Positions 9,749 to 21,019 are shown, counted from the first letter of the stretch. The stretch: DNA of 64,000 bases from Rhabdothermincola salaria (GCF_021246445.1 NZ_JAJQXW010000003.1:372001-436000), one strand, 5' to 3'. Numbers and translations are program-made. The notes: generated from the letters alone by a model not told the origin.

Positions 9749-11374
9749 GTGACCACCCGGCCCGCGGCCCCACGGCTCACCACCTCGGTGGACGCCGGCG
9801 CCGAGGGCGCGGCGCGCAACCGGGCCGCGCTCGACGCCGCCGTGCAGCAGCTGCGCGAGCGCACGGCCGCGGCCCGCCGCGGTGGTTCCGACGCGGCCCG
9901 GGCCCGCCACGTCGACCGGGGCAAGCTCCTCCCCCGCGACCGGGTCGAAGGGCTGCTCGACCCCGGCACGCCGTTCCTCGAGCTGTCGCCGCTGGCCGCC
10001 CACGACCTCTACGACGGCGACGCACCCGGTGCGGGCATCATCACCGGCGTCGGGCGCGTCGAGGGGCGCCTCTGCGTGGTGGTGGCCAACGACGCCACCG
10101 TCAAGGGAGGCACGTACTACCCCATGACGGTGAAGAAGCACCTCCGGGCCCAGGAGGTGGCGGCCCAGAACCGGTTGCCGTGCCTCTACCTGGTCGACTC
10201 CGGGGGCGCCTTCCTGCCCGCCCAGGACGAGGTCTTCCCCGACCGCGACCACTTCGGGCGGATCTTCTACAACCAGGCCACCATGTCGGCCGCGGGCATC
10301 GCCCAGATCGCCGCCGTCATGGGTTCGTGCACCGCCGGTGGCGCCTACGTGCCGGCCATGGCCGACGAGACGGTGATCGTGCGCGAGCAGGGCACGATCT
10401 TCCTCGGTGGCCCACCCCTCGTGAAGGCGGCCACCGGCGAGGTGGTGAGCGCCGAGGAGCTGGGGGGCGGGGAGCTGCACGCGGCCACGTCCGGCGTGGC
10501 CGACCACCTGGCCGAGAACGACCGCGACGCGCTGCGCCTCGTGCGCCAGATCGTGGCCACGCTCCCACCCACCTCGACGCCGCCGTGGGCGTTGCAGCCC
10601 CCCGAGGAGCCCGCCGTCGACCCCGGCGACCTCCACGCCCTCGTGCCCACCGACCCCCGCCAGCCCTACGACGCCCGTGAGATCGTCGCCCGCCTCGTCG
10701 ACGGGTCCCGCTTCGCCGAGTTCAAGGCGGCCTACGGCACCACGCTGGTCACCGGGTTCGCCCACGTCTGGGGCCACCCGATCGGCATCGTGGCCAACAA
10801 CGGCGTGCTCTTCGGCGAGTCGGCCCTGAAGGGAGCCCACTTCATCGAGCTGTGCGACCAGCGCCGCATCCCGCTGCTCTTCCTGCAGAACATCACCGGG
10901 TTCATGGTGGGTCGCGACTACGAGGCCTCGGGGATCGCCAAGCACGGCGCCAAGATGGTCAACGCGGTGGCGTGCGCCCGGGTGCCCAAGCTCACCGTGG
11001 TCGTGGGCGGATCGTTCGGGGCCGGCAACTACTCCATGTGCGGTCGGGCCTACTCGCCCCGGTTCCTCTGGATGTGGCCCAACGCCCGCATCTCGGTCAT
11101 GGGCGGCGAACAGGCCGCCGCCGTGCTGGCCACCGTGCGGCGCGACCAGATGGAGGGGCGCGGCGAGACCTGGTCGGCCGACGACGAGGAGGCGTTCAAG
11201 GCGCCCATCCGGTCCCAGTACGAGACCCAGGGCGACGCCTACTACTCCACCGCCCGGTTGTGGGACGACGGGATCCTCGAGCCCGGCGACACCCGCACGG
11301 CGGTCGGGCTGGCTCTGGCCGCCTGCGGGGCCGCTCCCCTCGACGACGTCGGCTACGGCGTCTTCCGGATGTGA
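9749..11374 (+). CDS. Acyl-CoA carboxylase beta subunit (3-methylcrotonyl-CoA carboxylase, AccD1/LiuB-like)
   Basis: [43 protein letters not shown]-terminal GVFRM. Confidence 0.95.
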   Translation: MTTRPAAPRLTTSVDAGAEGAARNRAALDAAVQQLRERTAAARRGGSDAARARHVDRGKLLPRDRVEGLLDPGTPFLELSPLAAHDLYDGDAPGAGIITGVGRVEGRLCVVVANDATVKGGTYYPMTVKKHLRAQEVAAQNRLPCLYLVDSGGAFLPAQDEVFPDRDHFGRIFYNQATMSAAGIAQIAAVMGSCTAGGAYVPAMADETVIVREQGTIFLGGPPLVKAATGEVVSAEELGGGELHAATSGVADHLAENDRDALRLVRQIVATLPPTSTPPWALQPPEEPAVDPGDLHALVPTDPRQPYDAREIVARLVDGSRFAEFKAAYGTTLVTGFAHVWGHPIGIVANNGVLFGESALKGAHFIELCDQRRIPLLFLQNITGFMVGRDYEASGIAKHGAKMVNAVACARVPKLTVVVGGSFGAGNYSMCGRAYSPRFLWMWPNARISVMGGEQAAAVLATVRRDQMEGRGETWSADDEEAFKAPIRSQYETQGDAYYSTARLWDDGILEPGDTRTAVGLALAACGAAPLDDVGYGVFRM

Positions 11375-13428
11375 CGGCGGTGTTCGAGCGGGTCCTCGTC
11401 GCCAACCGGGGCGAGATCGCGGTGCGCATCACCCGCACGCTGCACCGCCTGGGCATCGAGGCGGTGGCCGTGCACAGCGAGGCCGACGCCGGCGCCCTCC
11501 ACGTGCGCGTCGCCGACCGGGCCGTGCCCATCGGACCGGCACCGGCCCGCGACAGCTACCTCGCCGTCGACCGCATCATCGACGCCGCCCTCGCCAGCGG
11601 CGCCGAGGCCGTGCACCCGGGCTACGGCTTCTTGTCGGAGAACCCCGCCCTGGCCGAGGCCTGCGTGGCCGCCGGGTTGGTCATCGTGGGCCCGCCGGCC
11701 GCCGCCATCGCCGCCATGGGCGACAAGGTCCGGGCCAAGGCGCTGGTGGCCGCGGCCGGGGTGGCGGTGGTGCCCGGCAGCGTCGAGCGCGACCTCGACG
11801 ACGACGCCCTGGCCGCCGAGGCCCACCGCATCGGCTTCCCGGTGCTGGTGAAGCCGTCGGCCGGGGGCGGGGGCAAGGGGATGCGGGTGGTGGCCGGGGC
11901 CGACGAGGTGGCCGACCAGATCGCCGCCGCCCGTCGGGAGGCCCGGGCCGCGTTCGGCGACGACACGCTGCTGGTCGAGCGCTTCCTCGCCACCCCGCGC
12001 CACCTCGAGATCCAGGTGCTGGCCGACACCCACGGCCAGGTGGTGCACCTCGGCGAGCGCGAGTGCAGCCTGCAACGCCGCCACCAGAAGATCGTGGAGG
12101 AGGCCCCCTCCCCCCTCGTCGACGACCGTGCCCGGGCCGCCATGGGCGCGGCCGCGGTGGCCGCAGCGAGGGCCTGCGGCTACACCGGCGCCGGGACGGT
12201 CGAGTTCATCGTGTCGGCCGACCGACCCGACGAGTTCTTCTTCATGGAGATGAACACCCGCCTCCAGGTCGAGCACCCGGTCACCGAGGCCGTGCTCGGC
12301 CTCGACCTCGTCGAGTGGCAGCTGCGGGTGGCCGCCGGTGAGCCCCTCGCGCCGGGCCTGGGCGAGCTGGTGCCACGCGGCCACGCCATCGAGGCACGCG
12401 TCTACGCCGAGGACCCCTCCGCCGGGTTCCTGCCCACCGGGGGCACGGTGCTGGCGCTGCACGAACCGACCGACCACCCGGGCGTCCGGGTCGACTCCGG
12501 GCTCGCCGTGGGCACCGTCGTGGGGTCCGACTACGACCCCATGGTGGCCAAGGTCGTCGCCCACGGCACCGACCGCGACGACGCCCGGCGTCGCCTCGAC
12601 GCCGCCCTGGCCGACACCGCGGTGCTGGGGCTCACCACCAACGTGGGGTTCCTGCGAGACCTGCTGGCCCACCCCGACGTGGTCGCCGGCCGCCTCGACA
12701 CCGGGCTGGTCGACCGTCTCGCCACCGGGCAGGGCGACGGGGACTCCTCGACCCAGGCACCGAGCTGGGTGGTGGCGCTGGTCGCCCTGTGGTGGCTCAC
12801 CGGCGGCACCGACCCCCACCACCCCTGGGACCGTCGCGACGGCTGGACCGTGGCCGGCGGACGCACCACCACCATCACCGTCGAGACCGGGGGCACCACC
12901 CACGAGGTGGCGGTCGGGCCGGGGGCCGGCGCCGACCGTTCGGTCGCCGTCGGGGACGGGCCGTCCATGGCCGTCTCCCTCTCACCCCTCGCACGCTCGG
13001 CCGACGATCCCGAGGGTGCCTCGGTGGTGGTCGACGGTCGACGCCGCACCGTGCGTCGCGCCGTGGCCCCCGACGGCACCTGGTGGCTGGCCCACGGCGG
13101 TCGCACCTGGGCGGCACGGGTCGAGGAGCCGTGGGAGGCCCACCCGGGCGACCGCCACCTCGGCCACCAGGGACCTGTGCTCGCCCCCATGCCCGGCACC
13201 GTGACCGAGGTGCTGGTAGCGGCGGGTGACCAGGTGCACCACGGCGAGGCGCTGGCCGTGGTCGAGGCCATGAAGATGGAGTTCACCCTGCGCGCCCCGT
13301 TCGACGGGGTCGTCAGTGCGGTACACGCCTCGGCCGGCCACCGCGTCGCCCTCGGCGACGCGGTGGTCACCGTCGACGACCAGGCGGACGACGACGCCAC
13401 CGACGGCGACGAGCCGAGGCCGCGCTAG
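11371..13428 (+). CDS. Biotin carboxylase/biotin carrier alpha subunit (AccA1/LiuD-like)
   Basis: [44 protein letters not shown] biotinylation site; GTGA overlap. Confidence 0.95.
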   Translation: MTAVFERVLVANRGEIAVRITRTLHRLGIEAVAVHSEADAGALHVRVADRAVPIGPAPARDSYLAVDRIIDAALASGAEAVHPGYGFLSENPALAEACVAAGLVIVGPPAAAIAAMGDKVRAKALVAAAGVAVVPGSVERDLDDDALAAEAHRIGFPVLVKPSAGGGGKGMRVVAGADEVADQIAAARREARAAFGDDTLLVERFLATPRHLEIQVLADTHGQVVHLGERECSLQRRHQKIVEEAPSPLVDDRARAAMGAAAVAAARACGYTGAGTVEFIVSADRPDEFFFMEMNTRLQVEHPVTEAVLGLDLVEWQLRVAAGEPLAPGLGELVPRGHAIEARVYAEDPSAGFLPTGGTVLALHEPTDHPGVRVDSGLAVGTVVGSDYDPMVAKVVAHGTDRDDARRRLDAALADTAVLGLTTNVGFLRDLLAHPDVVAGRLDTGLVDRLATGQGDGDSSTQAPSWVVALVALWWLTGGTDPHHPWDRRDGWTVAGGRTTTITVETGGTTHEVAVGPGAGADRSVAVGDGPSMAVSLSPLARSADDPEGASVVVDGRRRTVRRAVAPDGTWWLAHGGRTWAARVEEPWEAHPGDRHLGHQGPVLAPMPGTVTEVLVAAGDQVHHGEALAVVEAMKMEFTLRAPFDGVVSAVHASAGHRVALGDAVVTVDDQADDDATDGDEPRPR

Positions 13429-15077
13429 TGGAGTTCAACCTGGCCGATGTGATCCGGGCGGTGGCCGACGCCGTCCCCGACCGCGACGGCATCGTCCACG
13501 GCGACCGCCGCGCGTCCTACCGCCACTTCCGGACCCGGGTCGACCAGGTCGCCAACCTCCTCCACGCCCACGGCCTGGGCTGCCACCACGACCGGGCCGG
13601 GCTGGCCAACCACGAGTCGGGCCAGGACCACCTGGCCCTCTACCTGCACAACAGCATCGAGTTCCTCGAGGTCAACGTGGGGGCCTACGCCGCCCGGGTG
13701 GCGCCGTTCAACGTCAACTACCGCTACGTCGACGACGAGCTGGTGCCGTTGCTCGCCGACCAGCGGGCCCGGGCGGTCGCCTACCACGAGACCTACGCGC
13801 CGGTGATCGACCGCATCCGCCACCGCCTCCCCGACCTCGACCTGCTGCTGCAGGTGGCGGACGGCTCCGGCCACGGGCTCGTCGAGGGGGCCCTCTGGTA
13901 CCACGAGGCCGTCGCCGACCAGCCCACCGTCCCGCCCCCGGTCGAGACCAGCCCCGACGACCTCTACGTGCTCTGCACCGGCGGCACCACCGGCACCCCC
14001 AAGGGCGTCCTGTGGCGCCAGGCCGACATCTACGCCGCTGCCCTCGGCGGCACGAGCGTCCGGACCCGCCGCGAGTTCACCTCGCTCGACGAGATCGCCG
14101 AGGAGGCCGTGGCCCGCGGTGGGCGGCGCAACATGCCCACGGCACCGTTCATGCACGGGGCCGCCCAGTGGACGGCTCTCACCACGCTCGCCCAGGGCAG
14201 CACCCTGGTGGTGCCCACCAACGTGGTGTCGCTGGACCCGGTCGACGTGTGGAGCACTGTGGAACGCGAGGGCGTCACGCTGCTGCAGATCGTCGGCGAC
14301 GCCTTCGCCCGCCCCCTGCTCGACGAGCTCGACCGGGCCCGGCACGACGTCTCGTCGCTGCGGGTGCTCACCAACGGCGGGGCCATCCTCAGCCGCGACA
14401 GCAAGGCCCGGTTCCTCGCCCACCGTCCGGGGTTGTTGATCGCCGACGGCCTGGGGTCGTCGGAAGCCGGCCCCATCGCCAGCAACGTGGCCGAGGGCGA
14501 CGCCGCAGCCACGACGGTGTTCGACCTCGGACCCAACGGCCACATCCTGGCGCCCGACCTCGACGGCGAGATCGGCGCCCCCGATCCCACCGTGGGGTGG
14601 CTGGCCAGCAGCGGCCGGATCCCGCTCGGCTACCTCGACGACCCCGAGCGCACGGCCCGCACCTTCCCCGTGGCCGACGGCACCCGGTATGCGGTGGCCG
14701 GCGACCGGGCCCGGTTCCGCCCCGACGGGCTGGTGGAGCTGCTCGGGCGCGACTCGGTCACCATCAACTCCGGCGGCGAGAAGATCTTCGCCGAAGAGGT
14801 CGAGCAGGCCCTGCTCGGCCACCCGGCGGTCCACGACGCCGTGGTCTGCGGGCGCCCGTCCACCCGCTGGGGCAGCGAGGTCGTGGCCGTCGTCGCCCTC
14901 CGTCCCGGCGCCGCCGCCACCGTCGAGGAGCTGCGCGAGGCCGCCGGCGCCCACCTGGCCCGCTACAAGCTGCCCAAGGACATCGTGTTCCGCGACCGCA
15001 TCGAGCGGAGCCCGGCCGGCAAGGCCGACTACGCATGGGCCCGCGCCCAGGCCGGAGACGAGCACCCGACGAGCTGA
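13428..15077 (+). CDS. Acyl-CoA synthetase (FadD19-like)
   Basis: NVNYRY, TGGTTGTPKGV, INSGGEKIFAEEVE, RSPAGK. Confidence 0.92.
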   Translation: MEFNLADVIRAVADAVPDRDGIVHGDRRASYRHFRTRVDQVANLLHAHGLGCHHDRAGLANHESGQDHLALYLHNSIEFLEVNVGAYAARVAPFNVNYRYVDDELVPLLADQRARAVAYHETYAPVIDRIRHRLPDLDLLLQVADGSGHGLVEGALWYHEAVADQPTVPPPVETSPDDLYVLCTGGTTGTPKGVLWRQADIYAAALGGTSVRTRREFTSLDEIAEEAVARGGRRNMPTAPFMHGAAQWTALTTLAQGSTLVVPTNVVSLDPVDVWSTVEREGVTLLQIVGDAFARPLLDELDRARHDVSSLRVLTNGGAILSRDSKARFLAHRPGLLIADGLGSSEAGPIASNVAEGDAAATTVFDLGPNGHILAPDLDGEIGAPDPTVGWLASSGRIPLGYLDDPERTARTFPVADGTRYAVAGDRARFRPDGLVELLGRDSVTINSGGEKIFAEEVEQALLGHPAVHDAVVCGRPSTRWGSEVVAVVALRPGAAATVEELREAAGAHLARYKLPKDIVFRDRIERSPAGKADYAWARAQAGDEHPTS

Positions 15078-15164
15078 CGCCTGCTGGCCGGAGCCCCCGG
15101 GCGGGCTGTCGGACGACTGCGGGGCCATGGGGCACCATGGGGCGCACCCCGACCAGGAGGCACC

Positions 15165-17135
15165 GTGTCCGACGCCGCCCTGTGGACCCCCTCACCCGAT
15201 CGGATCGCCCGGAGCCGGATGGAGGCCTTCCGGGTCGACGCCGAGACCGCCACCGGTCGGGCCCTGCCCGACCAGCCGTCGCTGCACCGCTGGTCGGTCA
15301 CCGCCCCCGAGGAGTTCTGGCCGCTGGTGTGGGATCGATGCGGGGTGGTGGGCGAGCGCGGTGAACGGGTCGTGGCGCCCGGAGCGTCGTTCCCGGCCAC
15401 CCGCTTCTTCCCCGACGCCCGGCTGAGCGTGGTCGAGAACCTGCTCGCCCGGCGAGGCGCGGACGCCGCGGTGGTCGCGGTCGACGAGACCGGCCGACGG
15501 GTCGAGAGGAGCTGGGACGAGCTGGCGACGCGCGCGGCCGTGGTGGCAGGCGGTCTGCGCGCCCTCGGCGTCGAGGCCGGCGACCGTGTGGTGGCGTGGT
15601 TGCCCAACGGCCTCGAGGCCATCGAGACCATGCTCGGAGCGGCGTCGATCGGGGCGGTCTTCGCGTCGGCGTCGCCGGACTTCGGGGTCGGCGGCGTCCT
15701 CGACCGCTTCGCCCAGATCGAGCCCGTCGTGCTGGTGGCTGCCGACCACTACCACTACGGGGGCAGGCCCTTCGACTGCCTCGAACGCCTGGAGGCCATC
15801 CGGGCCGGGCTCCCCACCCTGCGGGCCACCGTGGTGGTGAGCGACGACGCCGACGACCTCCCGGCCGGCGTGATCCGCTGGCGTGACCTGGGTGCCGGCG
15901 ACGCGCCGGTGGCACCGGAGCGCTTCGCCTTCGACCACCCCTGGTACGTCATGTTCTCTTCGGGCACGACCGGGGTGCCCAAGTGCATCGTGCACCGCAC
16001 CGGCGGGGTGCTGCTCCAGCACGTCAAGGAGCATCAGCTGCACTGCGACCTGCGCGCCGGCGACCGCCTGCTCTACTTCACGACGACCGGCTGGATGATG
16101 TGGAACTGGCAGGTCGGCAGCCTGGCCTCCGGCGTCACGCCAGTGTGCTTCGACGGCTCGCCGTTCCATCCGTCGCCCACGGCGCTGTTCGACCTCGTCG
16201 ATGCGGAAGGCGTGACCCTGCTCGGCGTGTCGGCCAAGTACATCGATGCCCTGCGCACGCAGGGCGTGCGACCGGCCGACACCCACGGGCTGTCGAGCCT
16301 GCGCACGGTGTGCTCCACCGGGTCTCCGCTCTCGCCCGAGGGGTTCGCCCACGTGTACGGCGCGGTGAAGGCCGACGTGCACCTGGCGTCCATCGCCGGA
16401 GGCACCGACCTGCTGGGCTGCTTCCTGGCCGGCGACCCCACCTCCCCGGTGTACGCCGGCGAGCTGCAACGCCCCGCGCTCGGGATGGCGGTCGACGCCT
16501 ACGACGAGCACGGCAGATCGCTCGCCGACCGGCCCGGGGTGCCCGGCGAGCTGGTGTGCACCGCGCCCTTCCCGTCGGTCCCGCTCGGCTTCTGGGCCGA
16601 CGGCACCGACGCGGCACCCGACCCCGCCACCCCGGGCCCCCGCTTCCGGGCCGCCTACTTCGAGGGGTTCGACGGGGTGTGGACCCACGGGGACTTCGCC
16701 TCGTGGACCGAGCACGGCGGCATGGTGATCCACGGGCGCAGCGATGCCACCTTGAACCCCGGCGGGGTGCGCATCGGCACCGCCGAGATCTACCGGGCGG
16801 TCGAGGGGGCCGAGGGGGTGGTGGAGGCCTTGGTGTTCGGCCAGCAGGTCGGCGACGACATGCGCATCGTGCTGCTGGTGCGGCTGCACCCGGGCCTGGT
16901 CCTCGACGACGACCTGCGGACGGATCTGCGGGCTCGCATCCGCCGGGCCTGCACCCCGCGCCACGTGCCGGCGGTCGTGGCCCAGGTCGACGACCTGCCC
17001 CGCACCCGCTCCGACAAGCTGGTGGAGCTGGCCGTCGCCGACGCCGTCAACGGCCGCCCGGTGCGCAACACCGAGGCGCTGGCCAACCCCGAGGCCATCG
17101 ACGCCATCGTCGCCCTCCCCGAGCTGCGCCGCTGA
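15165..17135 (+). CDS. Acetoacetate--CoA ligase
   Basis: FSSGTTGVPKCIVH, YFTTTGWMMWNW, GRSDATLNPGGVRIGTAEIY, ALANPEA; AGGAGG SD. Confidence 0.95.
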   Translation: MSDAALWTPSPDRIARSRMEAFRVDAETATGRALPDQPSLHRWSVTAPEEFWPLVWDRCGVVGERGERVVAPGASFPATRFFPDARLSVVENLLARRGADAAVVAVDETGRRVERSWDELATRAAVVAGGLRALGVEAGDRVVAWLPNGLEAIETMLGAASIGAVFASASPDFGVGGVLDRFAQIEPVVLVAADHYHYGGRPFDCLERLEAIRAGLPTLRATVVVSDDADDLPAGVIRWRDLGAGDAPVAPERFAFDHPWYVMFSSGTTGVPKCIVHRTGGVLLQHVKEHQLHCDLRAGDRLLYFTTTGWMMWNWQVGSLASGVTPVCFDGSPFHPSPTALFDLVDAEGVTLLGVSAKYIDALRTQGVRPADTHGLSSLRTVCSTGSPLSPEGFAHVYGAVKADVHLASIAGGTDLLGCFLAGDPTSPVYAGELQRPALGMAVDAYDEHGRSLADRPGVPGELVCTAPFPSVPLGFWADGTDAAPDPATPGPRFRAAYFEGFDGVWTHGDFASWTEHGGMVIHGRSDATLNPGGVRIGTAEIYRAVEGAEGVVEALVFGQQVGDDMRIVLLVRLHPGLVLDDDLRTDLRARIRRACTPRHVPAVVAQVDDLPRTRSDKLVELAVADAVNGRPVRNTEALANPEAIDAIVALPELRR

Positions 17136-17189
17136 CCCCGGGCCCTGGCGACTGGTGCCCGTCGCGCAACGTGTCGCCGCGTTCGGTCA

Positions 17190-17272
17190 CCTCGTTCCCT
17201 CGTTCCCTCGTTCCGTCGCTCAGGGCCGGGGCTCAGAGCTCCGGGCTCCGGGCTCCGGGCTCCGGGCTCCGG
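17190..17272. repeat. Intergenic microsatellites: (CCTCGTTC)x3 at 17190-17213 and (GCTCCGG)x5 at 17238-17272
   Basis: Read directly between two convergent genes. Confidence 0.9.
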
Positions 17273-17282
17273 GCCTCTCCGC

Positions 17283-18041
17283 TCAGCCCTTCGAGGAGAT
17301 CTTGGCCTTGAGCCGGGCCAGGAGCTCGGTGAAGGCGGGCTGGCCCATCGACTCGAACTGGGGCTCGAGCTCGACCGCCACCGCTTCGGCACCCGAGTCG
17401 ACGGCCCCCAACGAGGCGATGGTGGCCTTGGTGCGCCGCACCAGGTCGGGTGGCGCGGCGGCGGCTCCGGCCGCCACGGCTCGGGCGGCGTCGAGCAGCT
17501 CGCCGTCGGCGACGCACGACCAGGCCAGACCGATCTCGGCGGCCCGAGCGCCGTCGACGACCTGACCGAACACCACCAGGGCCATGGCCGTCTGGTGGTC
17601 GGTGATGCGACGGAGGCGCCAGGTGTGCCCCCCGCCGGGGTGGATGCCGATCTGCATGAAGCGGGTGTCGAAGCGGGCCGAGGCGCCGGCCACGATGACG
17701 TCGCAGGCCAGCGCCATGTTCATGCCCGCCCCCACCGCCGGGCCGTTGACGGCGGCCACCGTGGGCAGCGGCGAGTCGGCCACGCGGAGGAACCCCGCGT
17801 AGATGGCCTCGAGCTCCTCCGGGCTCGACGCGCCGGACAGGTCGTCGAGGTCCGCCCCCGCGCAGAACGCCTTGCCGGCCCCCGTGACCACCAGCGCCCC
17901 CACGTCGTCACGCGCCTCCAGGTCGTCCATGGCCGCGGCCAGCTCCGCGTTGAGGGCGTGGGAGACCACGTTGCGCCGGTCGGGGTCGTTGAGCGTGAGG
18001 AGCGCGACCCGGTCGGCCACCTCCAGCCTGAGCAGAGCCAT
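17283..18041 (-). CDS. Enoyl-CoA hydratase
   Basis: LTLNDPDRRN, AFCAGADL, VNGPAVGAG, GIHPGGG. Confidence 0.92.
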   Translation of the reverse strand: MALLRLEVADRVALLTLNDPDRRNVVSHALNAELAAAMDDLEARDDVGALVVTGAGKAFCAGADLDDLSGASSPEELEAIYAGFLRVADSPLPTVAAVNGPAVGAGMNMALACDVIVAGASARFDTRFMQIGIHPGGGHTWRLRRITDHQTAMALVVFGQVVDGARAAEIGLAWSCVADGELLDAARAVAAGAAAAPPDLVRRTKATIASLGAVDSGAEAVAVELEPQFESMGQPAFTELLARLKAKISSKG

Positions 18042-18050
18042 GCCGCGAGT

Positions 18051-18552
18051 ATGGCGCCCTCCTCGCGAGCTCGTCGGGACGCGGTGTGGGCGGGTCGCTG
18101 CGCTCCCGTCGCCCACCTGACGGAAAGGATCAGCCAACTCCCGACAGCCGACACCGCGCAGCAAGGAGGCTCAGACCGGCCACGCGCTTCGCCGAAGGCG
18201 GCGGAGGGAGGCTTGCCGACCGGAGCAAGACGTCATGGCGCCCTCCTCGCGAGCTCGTCGGGACGCGGTGTGGGCGGGTCGCTGGCGCTCCCATCGCCCA
18301 CCGGACTGAGCTTCTCAGCCGACTCGCAAGAGCCGAAGGAGCGCCAGCGACGAAGGCTCAGCACGCGTACGCGCTTCGCCGAAGGCGGCGGAGGGAGGCT
18401 TGCCGACCGGAGCAAGATGTCGCGGCACGCAACAGCCGACGCCGCGCAGCAAGGAGGCTCAGCCAGGCCACGCGTTTCGGCGAAGCCGGCTCGGCGAGGC
18501 TTGCCGAGCTGAGCGAAGCATCACGGCTTGCCGACCGGAGCAAGACGTCATG
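18051..18552. repeat. Mosaic REP/BIME-like intergenic repeat array (modules A, B, C)
   Basis: A at 18051-18117 and 18235-18302; B at 18144-18174 and 18432-18462; C at 18182-18234, 18369-18421 and partial 18525-18552; internal hairpins. Confidence 0.85.
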
Positions 18553-19144
18553 AGACCGCGCGCAGGCCGGCGAGGACGAACGCCGTGGTGGTGCGCACGA
18601 AGGTGGGGGTGAGCGGCTTGTCGCGTAGGTAGGCCCGGTGGTGCAGGGGGCCGGCGAGGAGGCTCCAGGCCACCTCGGCCGAGGGCGGCTCGCTCAGCTC
18701 GCCCCGGTCGCGTGCCCGGGCGAGGATGTCGCCGATGAGTGCCAGGCGGGGCGTGGCGAACTTGGCCTCGATGGCGGCCCGCAGGTCGTCGTCGTGGCGC
18801 AGCTCGGTGGACAGGGCCCCGGCGAGATCGTCGCGTCGCACCGACATGGACTTGGCCATGCGGGCGACCAGGGCGGTGACGTCGCCCTCGAGCGACCCGG
18901 TGTCGATGTCGACCGGTTCGGGGTGCAACGAGGCCAGCGCGGCGGCGACGAGCTCTTCCTTGGTGGCCCACCGCCGATAGAGCGTGGCCGACGAGACGCC
19001 CGCCCGGGCGATGACCGCGGCGACCGTGAAGCTCCCGTACCCCGACTCGGCCAGCTCGTCGATCGCCGCCGACAGGATGGCCCGGTCGGCCTCGACGCTG
19101 CGCTGGCGCCCAGGGCGGGCCTTGACCTCGACGCTGGAGCTCAT
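18548..19144 (-). CDS. TetR/AcrR family regulator
   Basis: RPGRQRSVEADRAIL...GYGSFTVAAVIARAGVSSATLYRRW, DTGSLEGD; ATGA overlap with MFS gene. Confidence 0.92.
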   Translation of the reverse strand: MSSSVEVKARPGRQRSVEADRAILSAAIDELAESGYGSFTVAAVIARAGVSSATLYRRWATKEELVAAALASLHPEPVDIDTGSLEGDVTALVARMAKSMSVRRDDLAGALSTELRHDDDLRAAIEAKFATPRLALIGDILARARDRGELSEPPSAEVAWSLLAGPLHHRAYLRDKPLTPTFVRTTTAFVLAGLRAVS

Positions 19145-20865
19145 CGTCCCGAGTCTGCCCCGGAATCGGCTCGGCCTCGCGACGGCGGCGACGGCGGCGG
19201 GGGGTCGCCGTCGTCGAAGTGGGGGTCGGCGTCGGCCCCGATGAGGCCGTGGTCGACGGCGGCGTCGTGTTCGAGGACCCCTTCCGCCTCGGCCCAGGTG
19301 AGCGAGGCCAGCCCGTCGAGCGGGCCCTCCTCGTCCTCGCGTGCGTCCCGGGCCCGGGCCGGCAGGAAGGCGAAGACCACGGCGGCCGCCACCAGGATGA
19401 CCACACCGCCGACCCGCATGGCGAGGTGGGCGCCGTCGACGTAGGCGGCCGCGGCGACGTCCACGACCTGGGCACCGACGTCGGCGGGGAGCTGGGGGGC
19501 GACCTGGGTGAGCGCACCGCCGACCGAGTCGACGGCGGTGCCGAGGGCCGGTTCGCCGACACCGATGTCGGTGAGACCGCTCTCGACGGCTGGGCGGTAC
19601 ACGCCGGCCAGGATCGAGCCCAGCACGGCGACGCCCAGGGCCCCGCCCATCTGGCGGGTGGTGTCGTTCATGGCCGAGCCGATCCCGGCCTTGGCCGGAG
19701 GCAGCGAGCCCATGATCGACTCCGTGGCCGGGGCCATGGTGAGCGCCATGCCGAAGGCGAGGATGATCATGCCGGTGATGACCCGGGGGTAGCCGTCGGT
19801 GACGGGGATGGTGGACAGCGTGAACACGCCCACGGCCACGAGGCAGAGTCCGCCGCCGACGACGAGCTTGGTGCCGATCTTCTCGACGAGCCGAGGGGCG
19901 AGGGGCGCCGTGCACAGCATCACGACCGACATGGGCAGCATGCGCAGACCGGCCTCCAACGCCTCGTACCCGAGCACGATCTGGAGGTACTGCGTCATCA
20001 CGAACATCTGCCCGAACATGGCGAAGAACACGAGGGTGATGGCCATGTTGGCGGCGGTGAAGCGGGGGTTGGCGAAGAAGCGCATGTCGAGCATGGGCTC
20101 GTCGACGTGGAGCTCCCAGGCGATGAAGGCGGCGAGCATGGTCAGACCGATGCCGAACGCAGCCACCACCAACGGGTCGGCCCAGCCCTTGACCGGCGTC
20201 TCGATGACGCCGAAGAGCAGGGCCACCAGGGCGGCGATCGAGAGCACCGCGCCCACAGGGTCGAGCCGGGTCTTGTTCGGCGCCTTGGAGGTGGGCAGCA
20301 GGAACTTCCCGGCGATGAGCATGGTGATGATGATGGGGACGTTGACGAGGAACACCGAACCCCACCCGAACCATCGCAGCAGGAGGCCGCCCAGGACGGG
20401 CCCGAGGGCGCCGCTGGCGCCGGCGACCGCGGCCCACACCCCGATGGCTCGCCCCCGCTCCTTGGCGTCGCGGAAGATGTTGGTGAGCAGCGAGAGCGTG
20501 GAGGGCATGATCATCGCCCCGCCGACGCCCATGAACGCCCGGGCGAGGATCAGCTGGGTGGGCGAATCGGCCATCGACGCCCACAGCGACGTGACGCCGA
20601 AGATGGCCAGGCCGATCTGGAGCATGCCCTTGCGGCCGAAGCGGTCGCCGAGTGCGCCGGCGGTGAGCAGCAGGCCGGCGAACACGATGACGTAGCCGTC
20701 GATGATCCACTGCAGCTCGCTGGTCGAGGCATCGAGGTCCCTCACCAGGCTGGGGATGGCGACGTTGAGGATCGTGTTGTCCAACGTGATCACCAGCAGG
20801 CTGCCGGCGAGCACGGCCAGGGCCCACCACCGCCGATCGTGCATCTCTGCGACGTCCACATCCAC
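19141..20865 (-). CDS. DHA2 (EmrB/QacA) 14-TM MFS efflux transporter
   Basis: LDNTILNVAIP, LGDRFGRK motif A, GPVLGG, VFLVNVP. Confidence 0.95.
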   Translation of the reverse strand: MDVDVAEMHDRRWWALAVLAGSLLVITLDNTILNVAIPSLVRDLDASTSELQWIIDGYVIVFAGLLLTAGALGDRFGRKGMLQIGLAIFGVTSLWASMADSPTQLILARAFMGVGGAMIMPSTLSLLTNIFRDAKERGRAIGVWAAVAGASGALGPVLGGLLLRWFGWGSVFLVNVPIIITMLIAGKFLLPTSKAPNKTRLDPVGAVLSIAALVALLFGVIETPVKGWADPLVVAAFGIGLTMLAAFIAWELHVDEPMLDMRFFANPRFTAANMAITLVFFAMFGQMFVMTQYLQIVLGYEALEAGLRMLPMSVVMLCTAPLAPRLVEKIGTKLVVGGGLCLVAVGVFTLSTIPVTDGYPRVITGMIILAFGMALTMAPATESIMGSLPPAKAGIGSAMNDTTRQMGGALGVAVLGSILAGVYRPAVESGLTDIGVGEPALGTAVDSVGGALTQVAPQLPADVGAQVVDVAAAAYVDGAHLAMRVGGVVILVAAAVVFAFLPARARDAREDEEGPLDGLASLTWAEAEGVLEHDAAVDHGLIGADADPHFDDGDPPPPSPPSRGRADSGADSGR

Positions 20866-20894
20866 TCCCGTCTCGCTGACCGCAGCACCCTAGC

Positions 20895-20934
20895 GAAAGA
20901 CGATCGTTCCGAAACACCTCTGTTTCCAATTGTG
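20895..20934 (-). promoter_or_regulatory. Putative TetR operator(s) GAAACA-N4-TGTTTC (20911-20926) with degenerate tandem copy (20895-20910) and -10-like CACAAT
   Basis: AT-rich palindrome between divergent MFS-tetR operon and P450. Confidence 0.5.
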
Positions 20935-21019
20935 ACCGACGACACCCGACGACGACCACTACCATCGGCTCGCACACGCGCCGGTCCCCCGGCCGGCGCC
21001 GGCCTCCTGGGGGAGACAC

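Noticed and set aside
18051..18552. Possible CRISPR array
   Set aside because: Repeats are of unequal length and shuffled order with no regular unique spacers, and no cas genes are present
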